The notes under the pieces are model-generated. The model was given only the letters and a program-made list of their open reading frames with translations, was not told the origin of the DNA and did no database searches. Position numbers and translations under genes: made by a program. Of a stretch of 64,000 nucleotides of DNA, positions 53,375 through 63,066 are shown in pieces. Position 1 is the first letter of the stretch, and every line of letters begins with the position of its first letter. Source of the DNA: an uncultured Verrucomicrobiae bacterium (GTDB lineage: Bacteria > Verrucomicrobiota > Verrucomicrobiia > Chthoniobacterales > JAFAMB01); assembly GCA_963762565.1 (NCBI GenBank), contig CAVXLD010000001.1:1216001-1280000 (forward strand), given 5' to 3'.

Positions 53375-56266
53375 CTAATCACCTTTCCCGTCCCCAACCT
53401 CGAGCACGCAACGGAAGCCGTAGGTCACATCGCGGTCTTGGGGTGAGACTACATCGCGATACGAGCTAAGCAGAAGCCGGACACCGTAGGTGGTCCAAGA
53501 TCCACCGCGCAAGACGCCCCAGCTGGAAAAAGTTCCCGAGCCACCATAGGGGTCGGAGCACCACTGCCAAACATTGCCGGCCATATCGTACAGACCAAAA
53601 CTAGTCGGCGCGTAGCTGCCGACCGGAGATGTCTGAGGGAATCGTCTTTTTACCTGTTTCGATTCACTCGGATTACCGAAATTTCCCGCGTCCGGCGGTG
53701 GAGGCCAAATCTCGCCCCAAGGATAATGCTTCTGATCCTTCGAATCCCGTGCCGCCGGAGATTGTCCCTGTTCATCCGGCAACCCTGCTAGCCGGCTCCA
53801 ATCGCGATCCGTGGGTAACCGATATTTTGTTTTCGGACCGATCAATCCTTGGCGTCTTTCCTCGTCCGTTAGCCAGCTGCAAAAAGCTTCCGCATCGGGC
53901 CGGTTGATCAGGACAGCCGGGTGATCGGCGGTTTGCTCAAAATCCGGAACAACCATTCCTCTGTCCGTCGCCCGGCAGAAAGCCCTGAAATCAGAGACTC
54001 GTGTATCCCAGATGGATGCCAGGATATCTCCCACCGGAACGAACTTCATCCCTAGTGAATTAGTCCAGCTTGTCTTTCCGTCTGGCCAATTCGAAGGCTG
54101 TAGCTTGATCAGTGGAAGATCGAGATTTTGTCTTGCGTCTAGGCTCGTCTCGACTAGTCCGGTACGATAACCCGCCAGCCGTACCTCAATTTTCAGGGGG
54201 CCAGGAGTGACATTTTCTAAGACTAGTGGTGTGCGCCCCATTTCCTTACCATTGAGCGTTACCTCGGCTCCGGCCGGATCGGAACGCAGCGTCACCACGC
54301 CAAACGCGGGCGTTTGCAACACACAACGGAAACCGTAGCAATCAGTCCGGCTGTCCACGATGTCATCGATCCGGCGGGTCAGCCTTAAAAGCCCAGGATC
54401 AGCGTTAGCCCAGGAACCACCTCGTAGAACTCGGGTGTCGCCATTCCGAGAGAATTTGTCCATGCACCACTGCCAGACATTCCCGCTGACGTCGTAGATC
54501 CCGAAAGCATTTGGTTTAAAAGAGGCAACCGGGGATGTGCGGGTAAACAGATCAGAGTAGCCCTGAATCCAATGCCAGTTCTGTGGCCAGTCAGCGCCTT
54601 TCATCTCTGCTCCCGCATAATTTCCCGCGCCGGCCGGAGGAGGCCAAGTTCTGCCCCACGGAAAAACCTCAGGTCCTTTGTTTGATCGCTCCTCCGGTGT
54701 TTCACCCTCTTCATGATCGAGGCCGGCAGCCTGGCTCCATTCAATGTCGGTGGGCAAACGATAATACTGGCCTTCTTGCAAAAGCCCCGTGCTCTGTTCC
54801 TTTTGGGTGAGCCAAGAACAGAACTCCATGGCGTCTTTCCAGCTAACGCCGACCACTGCATAATCGTCTGTCTGGGTAAAGCCGGGGTCATCCCAGGTTT
54901 TACCATGTTGCCCTTGTTCACCGTTCAAGACGCTTTCCATCGGGCCGGTGGGTTGATAGCCGGTTTCTCGGACGAATTGCGCGAAGTCGCGAACCCGCGT
55001 ATCCCAGATAGCGACCAACAAGCCGCCCACGGGAACGAATTTCATCCCGATAGTATTGGTCCAGCTCTGGCCACCGACCGGCGCCTTGGCGATCTGCAGA
55101 TCGGCTTGCAGCGTTAGGGCTTGTCCGCTCTCAACTGTACCCGTTACATCTGCGTAAAGGTAACGAGCGAATCGCAGCTGATAATGAACGTCGCCGGCAG
55201 GAACGGTGTTAAGATTCAGCGGTGTAAGTCCAAGCTCATGCTCGCCGTCCCAGACCTGTGCACCCGAAGGGCCGCTCTCGATTCTAACCGAACCGGTTGC
55301 TGGAATTGATACCGGTGTAGCTGACCTCGCCGGGGTCGGGCTCGTCTGCGCTTCCTTAGGGGCCGTGCCAAACCAATGGGAGGCCGATCCGACAACGGCA
55401 ACGGCGCCAAGGATCAAGACGAGGCCGGCGATCGTAGCCCGCAAAAGCCAACGGCGTTTTGGCCGCTTGGAAACTGGCTCCGCCTCGACTGCACCCAATG
55501 CCTTCTGCAGCTCGCGGCCATTTTGAAAACGCTGCCTTGGGTCTCTCGCACAAGCCTTCAATAGGACTGAGTTAAGCTTCAGCAGGATCTCTTTGTCAGA
55601 TCGCTGAGGTAGATCGGTTGGGATCTCGGGAAACTCGAGCCTGTCTTTGCCGGTCGCGGCCTCATAGAGAACCTTGCCCAATGCATAAACGTCTGCGCTG
55701 CGGCTCCCTGGGCCCTCAGGCGGTACGTAACCTTCCGTTCCTACATAGGTTTTCCGCCCCGCGGCTGCCACTAATCCTACATCTGCCAGCTTTGGCGCTC
55801 CATTCACGAAGATCACGTTGGACGGCTTAATGTCGCGATGGGTCAGTCCTTCTTCATGGAGATAGCCAAGCGCCCCGCTAAGTGTTTTCCCCAGCTCCAG
55901 GCAAGCCTTAGGTGAAAGCCGCTTAAATCCACGAAGATCAGTTGCCAATGTACGTGGACTGTAGCTGGCTGGATCGATCTTTTGCCCTCTAGCAGAGTCA
56001 TCCGCTAGCTCCATTGTATAGAACAGGAAGCTGTCTCCGCGGCCTACATGATAGATGTTAACAAATCCCGGGTGATGGCGAGAGATCGGTTCAAACGCCC
56101 GTATCCCGTCGAATTCGCGGTAGGCGAGGTCTGGTTCCGGAAACACCACCTTGACCGCTCGGAATCCGCCCGTCAGCGTCTTAGCCAACCAAATTTCACC
56201 GTAAGCGCCTCGCCCAATGGAGCGAATCAGATCGTGATCCGGAATATCAGGTACGCGCAGGCTCAT
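53375..56266 (-). CDS. Membrane Hanks-type Ser/Thr kinase with two extracytoplasmic PEGA + FGE-sulfatase (SUMF1-like) modules
   Basis: IGRGAYG, AVK, HRDIKPSN, DVG, GTEGYVPPE; one TM; two PEGA repeats (SGPSGAQV...LGLTPL, SDPAGAEV...MGRTPL); twice RLPT..W, G.YD..GNVWQW, RGGSW, GFRC. Confidence 0.93.
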   Translation of the reverse strand: MSLRVPDIPDHDLIRSIGRGAYGEIWLAKTLTGGFRAVKVVFPEPDLAYREFDGIRAFEPISRHHPGFVNIYHVGRGDSFLFYTMELADDSARGQKIDPASYSPRTLATDLRGFKRLSPKACLELGKTLSGALGYLHEEGLTHRDIKPSNVIFVNGAPKLADVGLVAAAGRKTYVGTEGYVPPEGPGSRSADVYALGKVLYEAATGKDRLEFPEIPTDLPQRSDKEILLKLNSVLLKACARDPRQRFQNGRELQKALGAVEAEPVSKRPKRRWLLRATIAGLVLILGAVAVVGSASHWFGTAPKEAQTSPTPARSATPVSIPATGSVRIESGPSGAQVWDGEHELGLTPLNLNTVPAGDVHYQLRFARYLYADVTGTVESGQALTLQADLQIAKAPVGGQSWTNTIGMKFVPVGGLLVAIWDTRVRDFAQFVRETGYQPTGPMESVLNGEQGQHGKTWDDPGFTQTDDYAVVGVSWKDAMEFCSWLTQKEQSTGLLQEGQYYRLPTDIEWSQAAGLDHEEGETPEERSNKGPEVFPWGRTWPPPAGAGNYAGAEMKGADWPQNWHWIQGYSDLFTRTSPVASFKPNAFGIYDVSGNVWQWCMDKFSRNGDTRVLRGGSWANADPGLLRLTRRIDDIVDSRTDCYGFRCVLQTPAFGVVTLRSDPAGAEVTLNGKEMGRTPLVLENVTPGPLKIEVRLAGYRTGLVETSLDARQNLDLPLIKLQPSNWPDGKTSWTNSLGMKFVPVGDILASIWDTRVSDFRAFCRATDRGMVVPDFEQTADHPAVLINRPDAEAFCSWLTDEERRQGLIGPKTKYRLPTDRDWSRLAGLPDEQGQSPAARDSKDQKHYPWGEIWPPPPDAGNFGNPSESKQVKRRFPQTSPVGSYAPTSFGLYDMAGNVWQWCSDPYGGSGTFSSWGVLRGGSWTTYGVRLLLSSYRDVVSPQDRDVTYGFRCVLEVGDGKGD

Positions 56267-56843
56267 GCTCCCCTTTTTCGACGCGGGCCATGATCTCCTT
56301 CAGAATCGGTAAAAGCCGATTTTTTGCGAGATAAACCGAGCCGACACTGACCCGGAGTTCCTTGGCGACTTTCTGAGCAGGCCATCCTTTAATTACATAG
56401 CATTCGAAGACCTGGAATTGGGAGAGACTAGCCTTTTGTTTCAGGCGTTCCAGCGAAGCAGTTAACAGATGGTTTTCCCATTCCGCGTTCCAAGCTTCGG
56501 TGAACCAAGGTTGTTCTATTGATGCCGCCTCGACGGCAATGGCTTCCCTTGATCGCCGTTTACGGAATTGGTCTGCGATTCTCCATCTGGCTAATGTGAG
56601 CAACCAGCCCCGGAAGCTCCCAATATTGGGATCGTATCGCAATTCCGGGATTCGGCGAACGACAGAAATAACAGTTTCCTGGACGGCTTCCTCCGCTTCA
56701 TACTGATCTAACCCGGCTTTCCTGGCGACGGAGTAGATTAACCTCCAATAGGTCTCAAAAAATTCCTGCCAAGTCCGGTGATCCTCTAAGTTGCCGAGAC
56801 GTTGAACTAGACTGCGTCGGGTAGCGAGGAAAGCTTCCTCCAT
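56247..56843 (-). CDS. ECF sigma factor of the Ser/Thr-kinase-associated type seen in PVC bacteria
   Basis: TRRSLVQRL..WQEFFETY, AEEAVQET, GSFRGWL..LARWR, sigma4 VAKELRVSVGSVYLAKNR; overlaps the kinase start. Confidence 0.9.
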   Translation of the reverse strand: MEEAFLATRRSLVQRLGNLEDHRTWQEFFETYWRLIYSVARKAGLDQYEAEEAVQETVISVVRRIPELRYDPNIGSFRGWLLTLARWRIADQFRKRRSREAIAVEAASIEQPWFTEAWNAEWENHLLTASLERLKQKASLSQFQVFECYVIKGWPAQKVAKELRVSVGSVYLAKNRLLPILKEIMARVEKGEHEPART

Positions 56844-56910
56844 AAAAGGTGTGCCGTTATCCTAGCGGATGCCGTGCCAGAGGCGAGACGATTCGGTTGG
56901 GGGGCGGAAG

Positions 56911-57015
56911 AGTAGACGTAGTGGACACAGTAGACGTAGTGGATCTCCCCAACGCGCGGGAGCACCGAAAGCGTCGACTTTGTCCACTCAGTCTACTACG
57001 TCTACTAAGTCCACT
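56911..57015. repeat. Inverted pair of 9-mer tandem repeats (GTRGACNNA)
   Basis: AGTAGACGTAGTGGACACAGTAGACGTAGTGGA ... TGTCCACTCAGTCTACTACGTCTACTAAGTCCACT; a related single tract lies at 26888-26922. Confidence 0.82.
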
Positions 57016-57099
57016 TTCTAACGTGCATTCCCTACCGGTTCACTTTTTTTGAAAGAAAGCCCGGAACTTCGACGTACTACCTAGTGAAACATCATTACT

Positions 57100-60000
57100 A
57101 TGCCATCCGCTCCGGGCCGATTCCTGAAGTCTATCCAGACTTTTTTTCAAACCATCCTACGCTTCATCTTTGGCGACATACAATGGCGTCCGCCGATTTG
57201 GTTGCGACCAATCGGTCGGTTTATTGTTGGCCATCGCATTCTTTCTTCATTGGCCGCCCTCGGCCTCGTTATCTGCGCCTGTGCCGTCTATTTCGTCCAA
57301 CATCTGCCCCAACCTCAATTTAGTAGCTTTACGGTTACTCCTCCCGAGATCACTCCTCTGGAGAAGGACCTGAAGCCAAACCCGGCTACTATCGTCTTTC
57401 GAGACTCAGCAGCGCCTCTTGGGAAAATCGACGCCACGGTCAACCTGCAAATGACGCCCCGTTTAGCGGGTGAATGGAAATGGAAGAACGACCGGACACT
57501 CGTTTTCTCGCCCTCGGAGGACTGGCCGCCTAATACCCATTATCGGGTGACTCTGCCGGAATCAGAACTAGCCAACACTATCCGGCTGAAGAGCAACGTA
57601 GCCGAATTCGTAACTCAACCGCTCGAGGTGAGGTTCAAAGATCCGCAATTTTACCAAGATCCGGTTGATGCAGATAAAAGACAGGTAATCGCGACGATTG
57701 AGACCAATTTCCCTGTCGACGTTGACTCGCTCCGCAAGCAGGTCAGTTGCCAGGTACTCGGTGGCACCAACTTGTTTGGAGACAAGCAGCCGTTCGAAAT
57801 TGTGGCTGACCTGCACCAGCGGCGATTCTTTCTCCGGACAGCTAACGTAATCTTACCGGACCAGGAAGACTTTGTTCTGATGGCCATCAAGGAGGGCTTG
57901 GTTAGCACATCGGGCACCTCGCGGACGGCGAAAGACGAAGTAACCAAAGTACGTGTACCCGATCGTTACAGCTTTTTCTCGGTCCAAAGCGTTGAGTCAT
58001 CGACAGCGCGCCGGGATAATGGCGATATCGCACAGCTGATAGTGGTTTCCACCAGCACCAACACCAAACCCACTGATATTGCTTCCGCGATTCAGGTCTG
58101 GCTGCTTCCTAATAAGAAAAACGTAGACGAAGGGAACAATAACGCCTCGGACGATAGCGACTCCCAAGCCAGCGATGACGAAAATAAAAACAGCGACGCC
58201 AAAGACAACACCTCTAAAGATAGCGATAGCAAAGACAGCGACTCGAATACGACCGAATCTAACAACGACAGCACGAACGATAACGACGACGACAACAGTA
58301 GCGCCGGATCTTGGAAAAGCCCGGGTGAAATCACCGATGAAGTCCTAAAGACGGCGCAAAAGTTATCCGTTACGTTGGAACCAGAGAAAGAGAAGTTCTC
58401 GCAGGAGCATCTGTTCCGCTACGTCTTACCCAAGGGTGGACAGCTATTTGTTAAGATTCCGAAGAACACGCCGGCAGTGGGCGGTTATCTGCTTGCGTCC
58501 GATTATTGCGCCATCGTCGATATCGATCCGTTGCCGCGCGAAATCCAAATCCAAGGAAAAGGTGGAATACTGGCGCTAGGCGGAGAAAGGACCCTCTCTA
58601 TTGTCACCCGTGGGGTGCAGGACCTTGAGTTCGAGATTGCCAAGGTCTTGCCTGGCCAACTTAACCATTTGGTCACGCAAACGTCCGGTTCGTTCAACAA
58701 ACTGGAGTTCCTCGGCGATAATTTCGATGAGAACAACATCAGCGTAATCAACCGGCCTCGTTTGCAGATCGCAGATGATGGTGACGGGACTGCCAAATAT
58801 AGCTCGCTAGTCCTGGATCCTTATTTAACCGCAAACGGAAAGATTCAGTATGGGCTTTTTTTCATCCAGCCTAAGGCGATCGACCCGCATAGCCACAAGA
58901 AGCTGAAAGCACGCGCGGAAACGCGTTTCGTTCTGGTAACCGATCTCGGCATTCTGGTGAAGCAAAACAAGGATCACAGCCGCGAGATTTTCGTGGTCTC
59001 GCTTAAGGACCAGACTCCGGTCCCGGATGCGCATGTATCCCTGTTAGGAAAAAACGGTTTGGCCGTGTTCGACGGCGTGACCGACGCGAATGGGCATATC
59101 CATTCGCCAGCGTTGGCGGAGACGGAGAAAGAGCGTGAGCCTGCGGCCATCGTCGCCCAATTAGGAAATGATCTTTCGTTCATGCCGTACGAACGCGACG
59201 ATAACCTGGTTGATTTTTCGTCTTTCGAGATCGACGGCGAGATCTCACCGTCCGCGGACACGGTAGAAGCGTTCCCGTTTACTGAGCGCGGAGTCTACCG
59301 GCCAGGTGAAACGGTTCATGTCGGGTTGATTGTTCGGTCCCAGCATAGCGCCGAGATCCCGTTGGTAGTAGATCTGGACGATGTCAGCGGTAACTCGGTC
59401 GGTTCGCAGGTTCTGAAAACGCAGGGATTGGCCGAAACCAGTTTCGAGCTGCCGGCTGACGCGGGTACCGGCGAGTATCATCTAACTGTTCACTTACAAA
59501 ACAAAGACCAAACCCAAATCGCCGAAGAATATTTTCACGTAGAAGATTTTCAGCCTGATCGGATGAAATTGACGGCATCGGCTGCAGCCGGCGAAAACGT
59601 GGCCTGGGTGACGCCCGAACAACTCGTCATTAATGCTCATCTGGAGAACTTGTTTGGTACGCCCGCGGTGGGGAACCGCATTGCTGCTACCCAGAAAGTC
59701 AGCGTCGGCCAGTTCGAATTGTCAAAGTGGAAAGACTTTTCCTTCTTTAACCCGACACTCTATCCGAGTAAGCATCCGAACTACGACGAACAGGAGAACC
59801 TGGAAGACCAAAACGCTGATGCGCAAGGGAACGCCACACTGAAGGCGGATCTCAGCAAATACGCCAACGCCTGCTACCGAGTGGATTTTGATGTGGAAGG
59901 GTTTGAAAGCAACGGAGGCCGAAGTGTCCACAAGGAAGTCCAAGCGATTGTGTCCGATCGGGATTTTGTGGTCGGCTACCGGACTGCATCACCGTTAGAT

Positions 60001-62916
60001 TTCCTGCCGTTCAACCAACCTGCTTCGATTGAATTGTTGGCAGTTGACCGGTCTCAGGTCCCAATTGGATTGAGCGACTGCCGGTTTCAACTAATCGAGC
60101 TAGTGAACGAGCCAGTCCTGACCAAACAGGATAATGGCACCTTTAAATACGAGACGGTCAGCCAAGAGAAAACAGTACAGGACCAGGCGTTCGCTCTGGA
60201 GAACAAGGCGACGAGCTTTTCAGTGCCGACCAACGAGGCCGGGAAATTCCGGTTGCAGCTCCTCGACCAGGATGGGACGCCCATCTTCAGCCTCGACTAT
60301 ACCGTGGTGGGCGCCAACCAGCGGAACCCAGCCTTAGGCGAAAAAACCGATCTCAATCTGAAGCTAAGCAAGCAGACGGTTGTTCCGGGCGAAAATCTGC
60401 AAGTCAGTCTGCAAGCACCGTATGATGGCTATGGCCTCATCGCCATCGAGCGAGAAAAGACATACGCATGGAAATGGTTTCGGGCGTCGCGAGGCATGTC
60501 TGTGCAACAGATCCAGATCCCAGCGGATTTCAGCGGCTATGGCTACATAAACGTTAGCTTCGTGCGCAGCCTAACCGCGCCGGAAGTTTATGCATCGCCG
60601 TTCAGTTATGCTGCTGTCCCCTTCCGCTGCATACCTCCTCAGCGGGAGATCAAGCTCGCGCTTGACGTTCCCAAGCGATCGAAACCGGGTGACAAGTTGC
60701 CAATCAAGATCCGGGCGGATCGTAATTGTAAGCTCGTCGTATTTGCAGTTGATACCGGCATTCTGCAGGTCAGTGACTATGAAACGCCTGACCCGCTGGC
60801 CTGGCAGTTCCGTAAGCGGCAATTGGAGGTCCAGACCTACGACATCGTGGAGTCACTTTTACCGGAGTACTCGAAGCTAAAACAGGTAGCAGCTTCAGGA
60901 GGCGGCGACGAACACGTTGAAAAGAATCTAAACCCGTTCTCTCGAGTGGCGGAAAAGCCCGTCGTATTCTGGTCCGGGGTTATCTCAGCCGGAACTCAGC
61001 CGCTCGATATCAACTATGTTGTGCCGGAGTTCTTCGATGGAAGCGTTAGAATAATGGCAGTGGCCGAATCAGCCGAAGGTGAAGGTTCAGCCCAATGCGA
61101 GAGCGCAATTCACGGTCCAATTATTATCACACCGCAAGCCCCAGTATTCTCGGCGCCGGGGGACCAGTTCTTGACTTCCGCGACTCTGACGAATGCGACC
61201 GACGATGAATTAAGCACGAATGTCCACATCGAGTGCGAAGGCGGAGTGAGCGCCGTTGGCCAGCCGCAACAGACCATTACTTTGCAACCTGGAGCCAGCC
61301 AGACGCTCCGTTGGCAAATTCGGACTACTGATACCTTGGGCAATGCCGTCATCCGGTTCATGGCAACGGCTCCTACTGAGTTAGTGCATCGCCAACGCAC
61401 TTTAAGCGTTCGCCCGGCAGCGCCCTTCCTGACTCTGATCGAAAGCGGAAAATTAGCGAATGGAGGCAAGGAAGTACCGTTAACTCAGGAATTTTATCCT
61501 CAATTCGAGTCCCGTACGGCCATCGGATCTAATACGCCAGTGCTTTTCGTTAACGGGTTGCATCAATTCTTGGAAACGTATCCGTACGATTGTTCCGAAC
61601 AATTGACCAGCAAGGAGCTAGCTAATCTAGCCCTGATCTCGATTCCAGGATCAGGCCTGACCAAGACTCAGTTAGCGAGCAAGCTACAGAGTTATTTCAA
61701 AATCATCCGGGAGCGCCAAGGATCAAATGGAGCGATCGGCTACTGGATCGCCGACGACACCAAAGAACTGGATCCGCTTTCCGTCTACGTTTTGGAATTC
61801 ATTACGGATGCCAAACTAGCCGGGTTTGCCGTGCCCGCCGATATCGACAAGGCCGGCGTCAACTATCTAAAGAAGGTAGCTAGCGCTAACCCGTCCGACC
61901 TAGAGCAAGCAGAGGTGGTAGCAAAGGCAATTTACCTGCTGACCCGGCGAGAACAGCTAATGACTAACGAACTTCTTAGCTTACGGGATACGCTCGACCG
62001 ACAATTCCCGGATCAGTGGAAGGAGTCGATCACCGGGGTCTACGTGGCGGCCTCGGCAGAGCTTTTGCTGAAGGAACGGGAAGCGAACGATTGGATCAGT
62101 CACTATCGTTTAACCGGCCAACTTAACTCGTCCGGCCTCTGGTCCAGCTTGAGCGACTATGCCCAGTATTTGACGATCCTTGCCCGGCACTTCCCGCAAC
62201 GGTTCCGATCGTTGGGCCGTGATCAGGTCGAACAAATTCTGAAACCGATCTGGGCGGCCGACTACAATACGCTGTCAGCGGCTGAATGTTTGCAGGCGCT
62301 GGTTGCTGGACAGAATTTGGTCGAGCTAAACAAAAACAACCTTCGAATCAGCCAATGGAATGGCAACTGGCAACCGTTGGTTACAAACGCGCTCGGTTTG
62401 GTGACTCTGGGCAACGATGTGACCAAGGTAAAATTCGACGGAAACCAGAACGGCGCGGGGTATTTCCAGGTAGTCCAGAGCGGGTTTCCGAAGAATGTGA
62501 AGCCATTCGCTAGAGGGCTCGAGCTCAGGCGCGATTTCTTAGATGCCAAAAATGAACCGATCTCAAGTGTGAGTCTGGGAGATCAAATCAAAGTCCGGCT
62601 GCGGATCCGGTCCACAACCGGTACATCGGTTGACCACGTCGCGATCTCGGATCTGTTGCCCGCCGGATTTGAACCGGTTCGAGACGACAAGGGTGGAGTT
62701 GCCCTGGCTGCCGACGGTATCGAGCATTCCGATGTCCGAGAAGACCGGGTGTTGATCTATCTGACGGCCGGGACCCAAGACACAGAGATTACCTACGAGG
62801 CGAAAGCCACCGTGCCAGGTAATTTGATTGTGCCGCCGGTCGCAGCGCAAGCCATGTACGATCAGGCGGTCCAGGTAGCCGGCGAAACCGGCCGGATCGA
62901 GGTGAAACAGCCATGA
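57100..62916 (+). CDS. Bacterial alpha-2-macroglobulin family protein
   Basis: 1938 aa; VTDLGI, TERGVYRPGE, VEDFQPDRM, FAVDTGIL, thioester motif YPYDCSEQ, DLLPAGFE, REDRV, AQAMYD. Confidence 0.96.
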   Translation: MPSAPGRFLKSIQTFFQTILRFIFGDIQWRPPIWLRPIGRFIVGHRILSSLAALGLVICACAVYFVQHLPQPQFSSFTVTPPEITPLEKDLKPNPATIVFRDSAAPLGKIDATVNLQMTPRLAGEWKWKNDRTLVFSPSEDWPPNTHYRVTLPESELANTIRLKSNVAEFVTQPLEVRFKDPQFYQDPVDADKRQVIATIETNFPVDVDSLRKQVSCQVLGGTNLFGDKQPFEIVADLHQRRFFLRTANVILPDQEDFVLMAIKEGLVSTSGTSRTAKDEVTKVRVPDRYSFFSVQSVESSTARRDNGDIAQLIVVSTSTNTKPTDIASAIQVWLLPNKKNVDEGNNNASDDSDSQASDDENKNSDAKDNTSKDSDSKDSDSNTTESNNDSTNDNDDDNSSAGSWKSPGEITDEVLKTAQKLSVTLEPEKEKFSQEHLFRYVLPKGGQLFVKIPKNTPAVGGYLLASDYCAIVDIDPLPREIQIQGKGGILALGGERTLSIVTRGVQDLEFEIAKVLPGQLNHLVTQTSGSFNKLEFLGDNFDENNISVINRPRLQIADDGDGTAKYSSLVLDPYLTANGKIQYGLFFIQPKAIDPHSHKKLKARAETRFVLVTDLGILVKQNKDHSREIFVVSLKDQTPVPDAHVSLLGKNGLAVFDGVTDANGHIHSPALAETEKEREPAAIVAQLGNDLSFMPYERDDNLVDFSSFEIDGEISPSADTVEAFPFTERGVYRPGETVHVGLIVRSQHSAEIPLVVDLDDVSGNSVGSQVLKTQGLAETSFELPADAGTGEYHLTVHLQNKDQTQIAEEYFHVEDFQPDRMKLTASAAAGENVAWVTPEQLVINAHLENLFGTPAVGNRIAATQKVSVGQFELSKWKDFSFFNPTLYPSKHPNYDEQENLEDQNADAQGNATLKADLSKYANACYRVDFDVEGFESNGGRSVHKEVQAIVSDRDFVVGYRTASPLDFLPFNQPASIELLAVDRSQVPIGLSDCRFQLIELVNEPVLTKQDNGTFKYETVSQEKTVQDQAFALENKATSFSVPTNEAGKFRLQLLDQDGTPIFSLDYTVVGANQRNPALGEKTDLNLKLSKQTVVPGENLQVSLQAPYDGYGLIAIEREKTYAWKWFRASRGMSVQQIQIPADFSGYGYINVSFVRSLTAPEVYASPFSYAAVPFRCIPPQREIKLALDVPKRSKPGDKLPIKIRADRNCKLVVFAVDTGILQVSDYETPDPLAWQFRKRQLEVQTYDIVESLLPEYSKLKQVAASGGGDEHVEKNLNPFSRVAEKPVVFWSGVISAGTQPLDINYVVPEFFDGSVRIMAVAESAEGEGSAQCESAIHGPIIITPQAPVFSAPGDQFLTSATLTNATDDELSTNVHIECEGGVSAVGQPQQTITLQPGASQTLRWQIRTTDTLGNAVIRFMATAPTELVHRQRTLSVRPAAPFLTLIESGKLANGGKEVPLTQEFYPQFESRTAIGSNTPVLFVNGLHQFLETYPYDCSEQLTSKELANLALISIPGSGLTKTQLASKLQSYFKIIRERQGSNGAIGYWIADDTKELDPLSVYVLEFITDAKLAGFAVPADIDKAGVNYLKKVASANPSDLEQAEVVAKAIYLLTRREQLMTNELLSLRDTLDRQFPDQWKESITGVYVAASAELLLKEREANDWISHYRLTGQLNSSGLWSSLSDYAQYLTILARHFPQRFRSLGRDQVEQILKPIWAADYNTLSAAECLQALVAGQNLVELNKNNLRISQWNGNWQPLVTNALGLVTLGNDVTKVKFDGNQNGAGYFQVVQSGFPKNVKPFARGLELRRDFLDAKNEPISSVSLGDQIKVRLRIRSTTGTSVDHVAISDLLPAGFEPVRDDKGGVALAADGIEHSDVREDRVLIYLTAGTQDTEITYEAKATVPGNLIVPPVAAQAMYDQAVQVAGETGRIEVKQP

Positions 62917-62945
62917 GGTTGAGGACACGTGATATGGCCCGTCAA

Positions 62946-63066
62946 GGGAGGGCTCGCGTCCTCGCGCGCCGTGGGGCGTGGATAACACCTATCGGCGTAG
63001 ATGAACCCTAGACACGATAAACACGTCGCTCGGTTCACGACGGATCGCGGGGACGCGATCCCTCCC
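62946..63066. repeat. GGAG-type REP doublet, copy G4, overlapping the pbpC 5' end
   Basis: GGGAGGGCTCGCGTCCTCGCGCGCCG ... CGGATCGCGGGGACGCGATCCCTCCC. Confidence 0.88.

Noticed and set aside
53375..55060. FGE/C-type-lectin domains as targets of a diversity-generating retroelement
   Set aside because: No reverse transcriptase in the window and no near-identical template repeat differing at adenines; the two RGGSW...GFR segments are broadly diverged. A remote DGR cannot be excluded.
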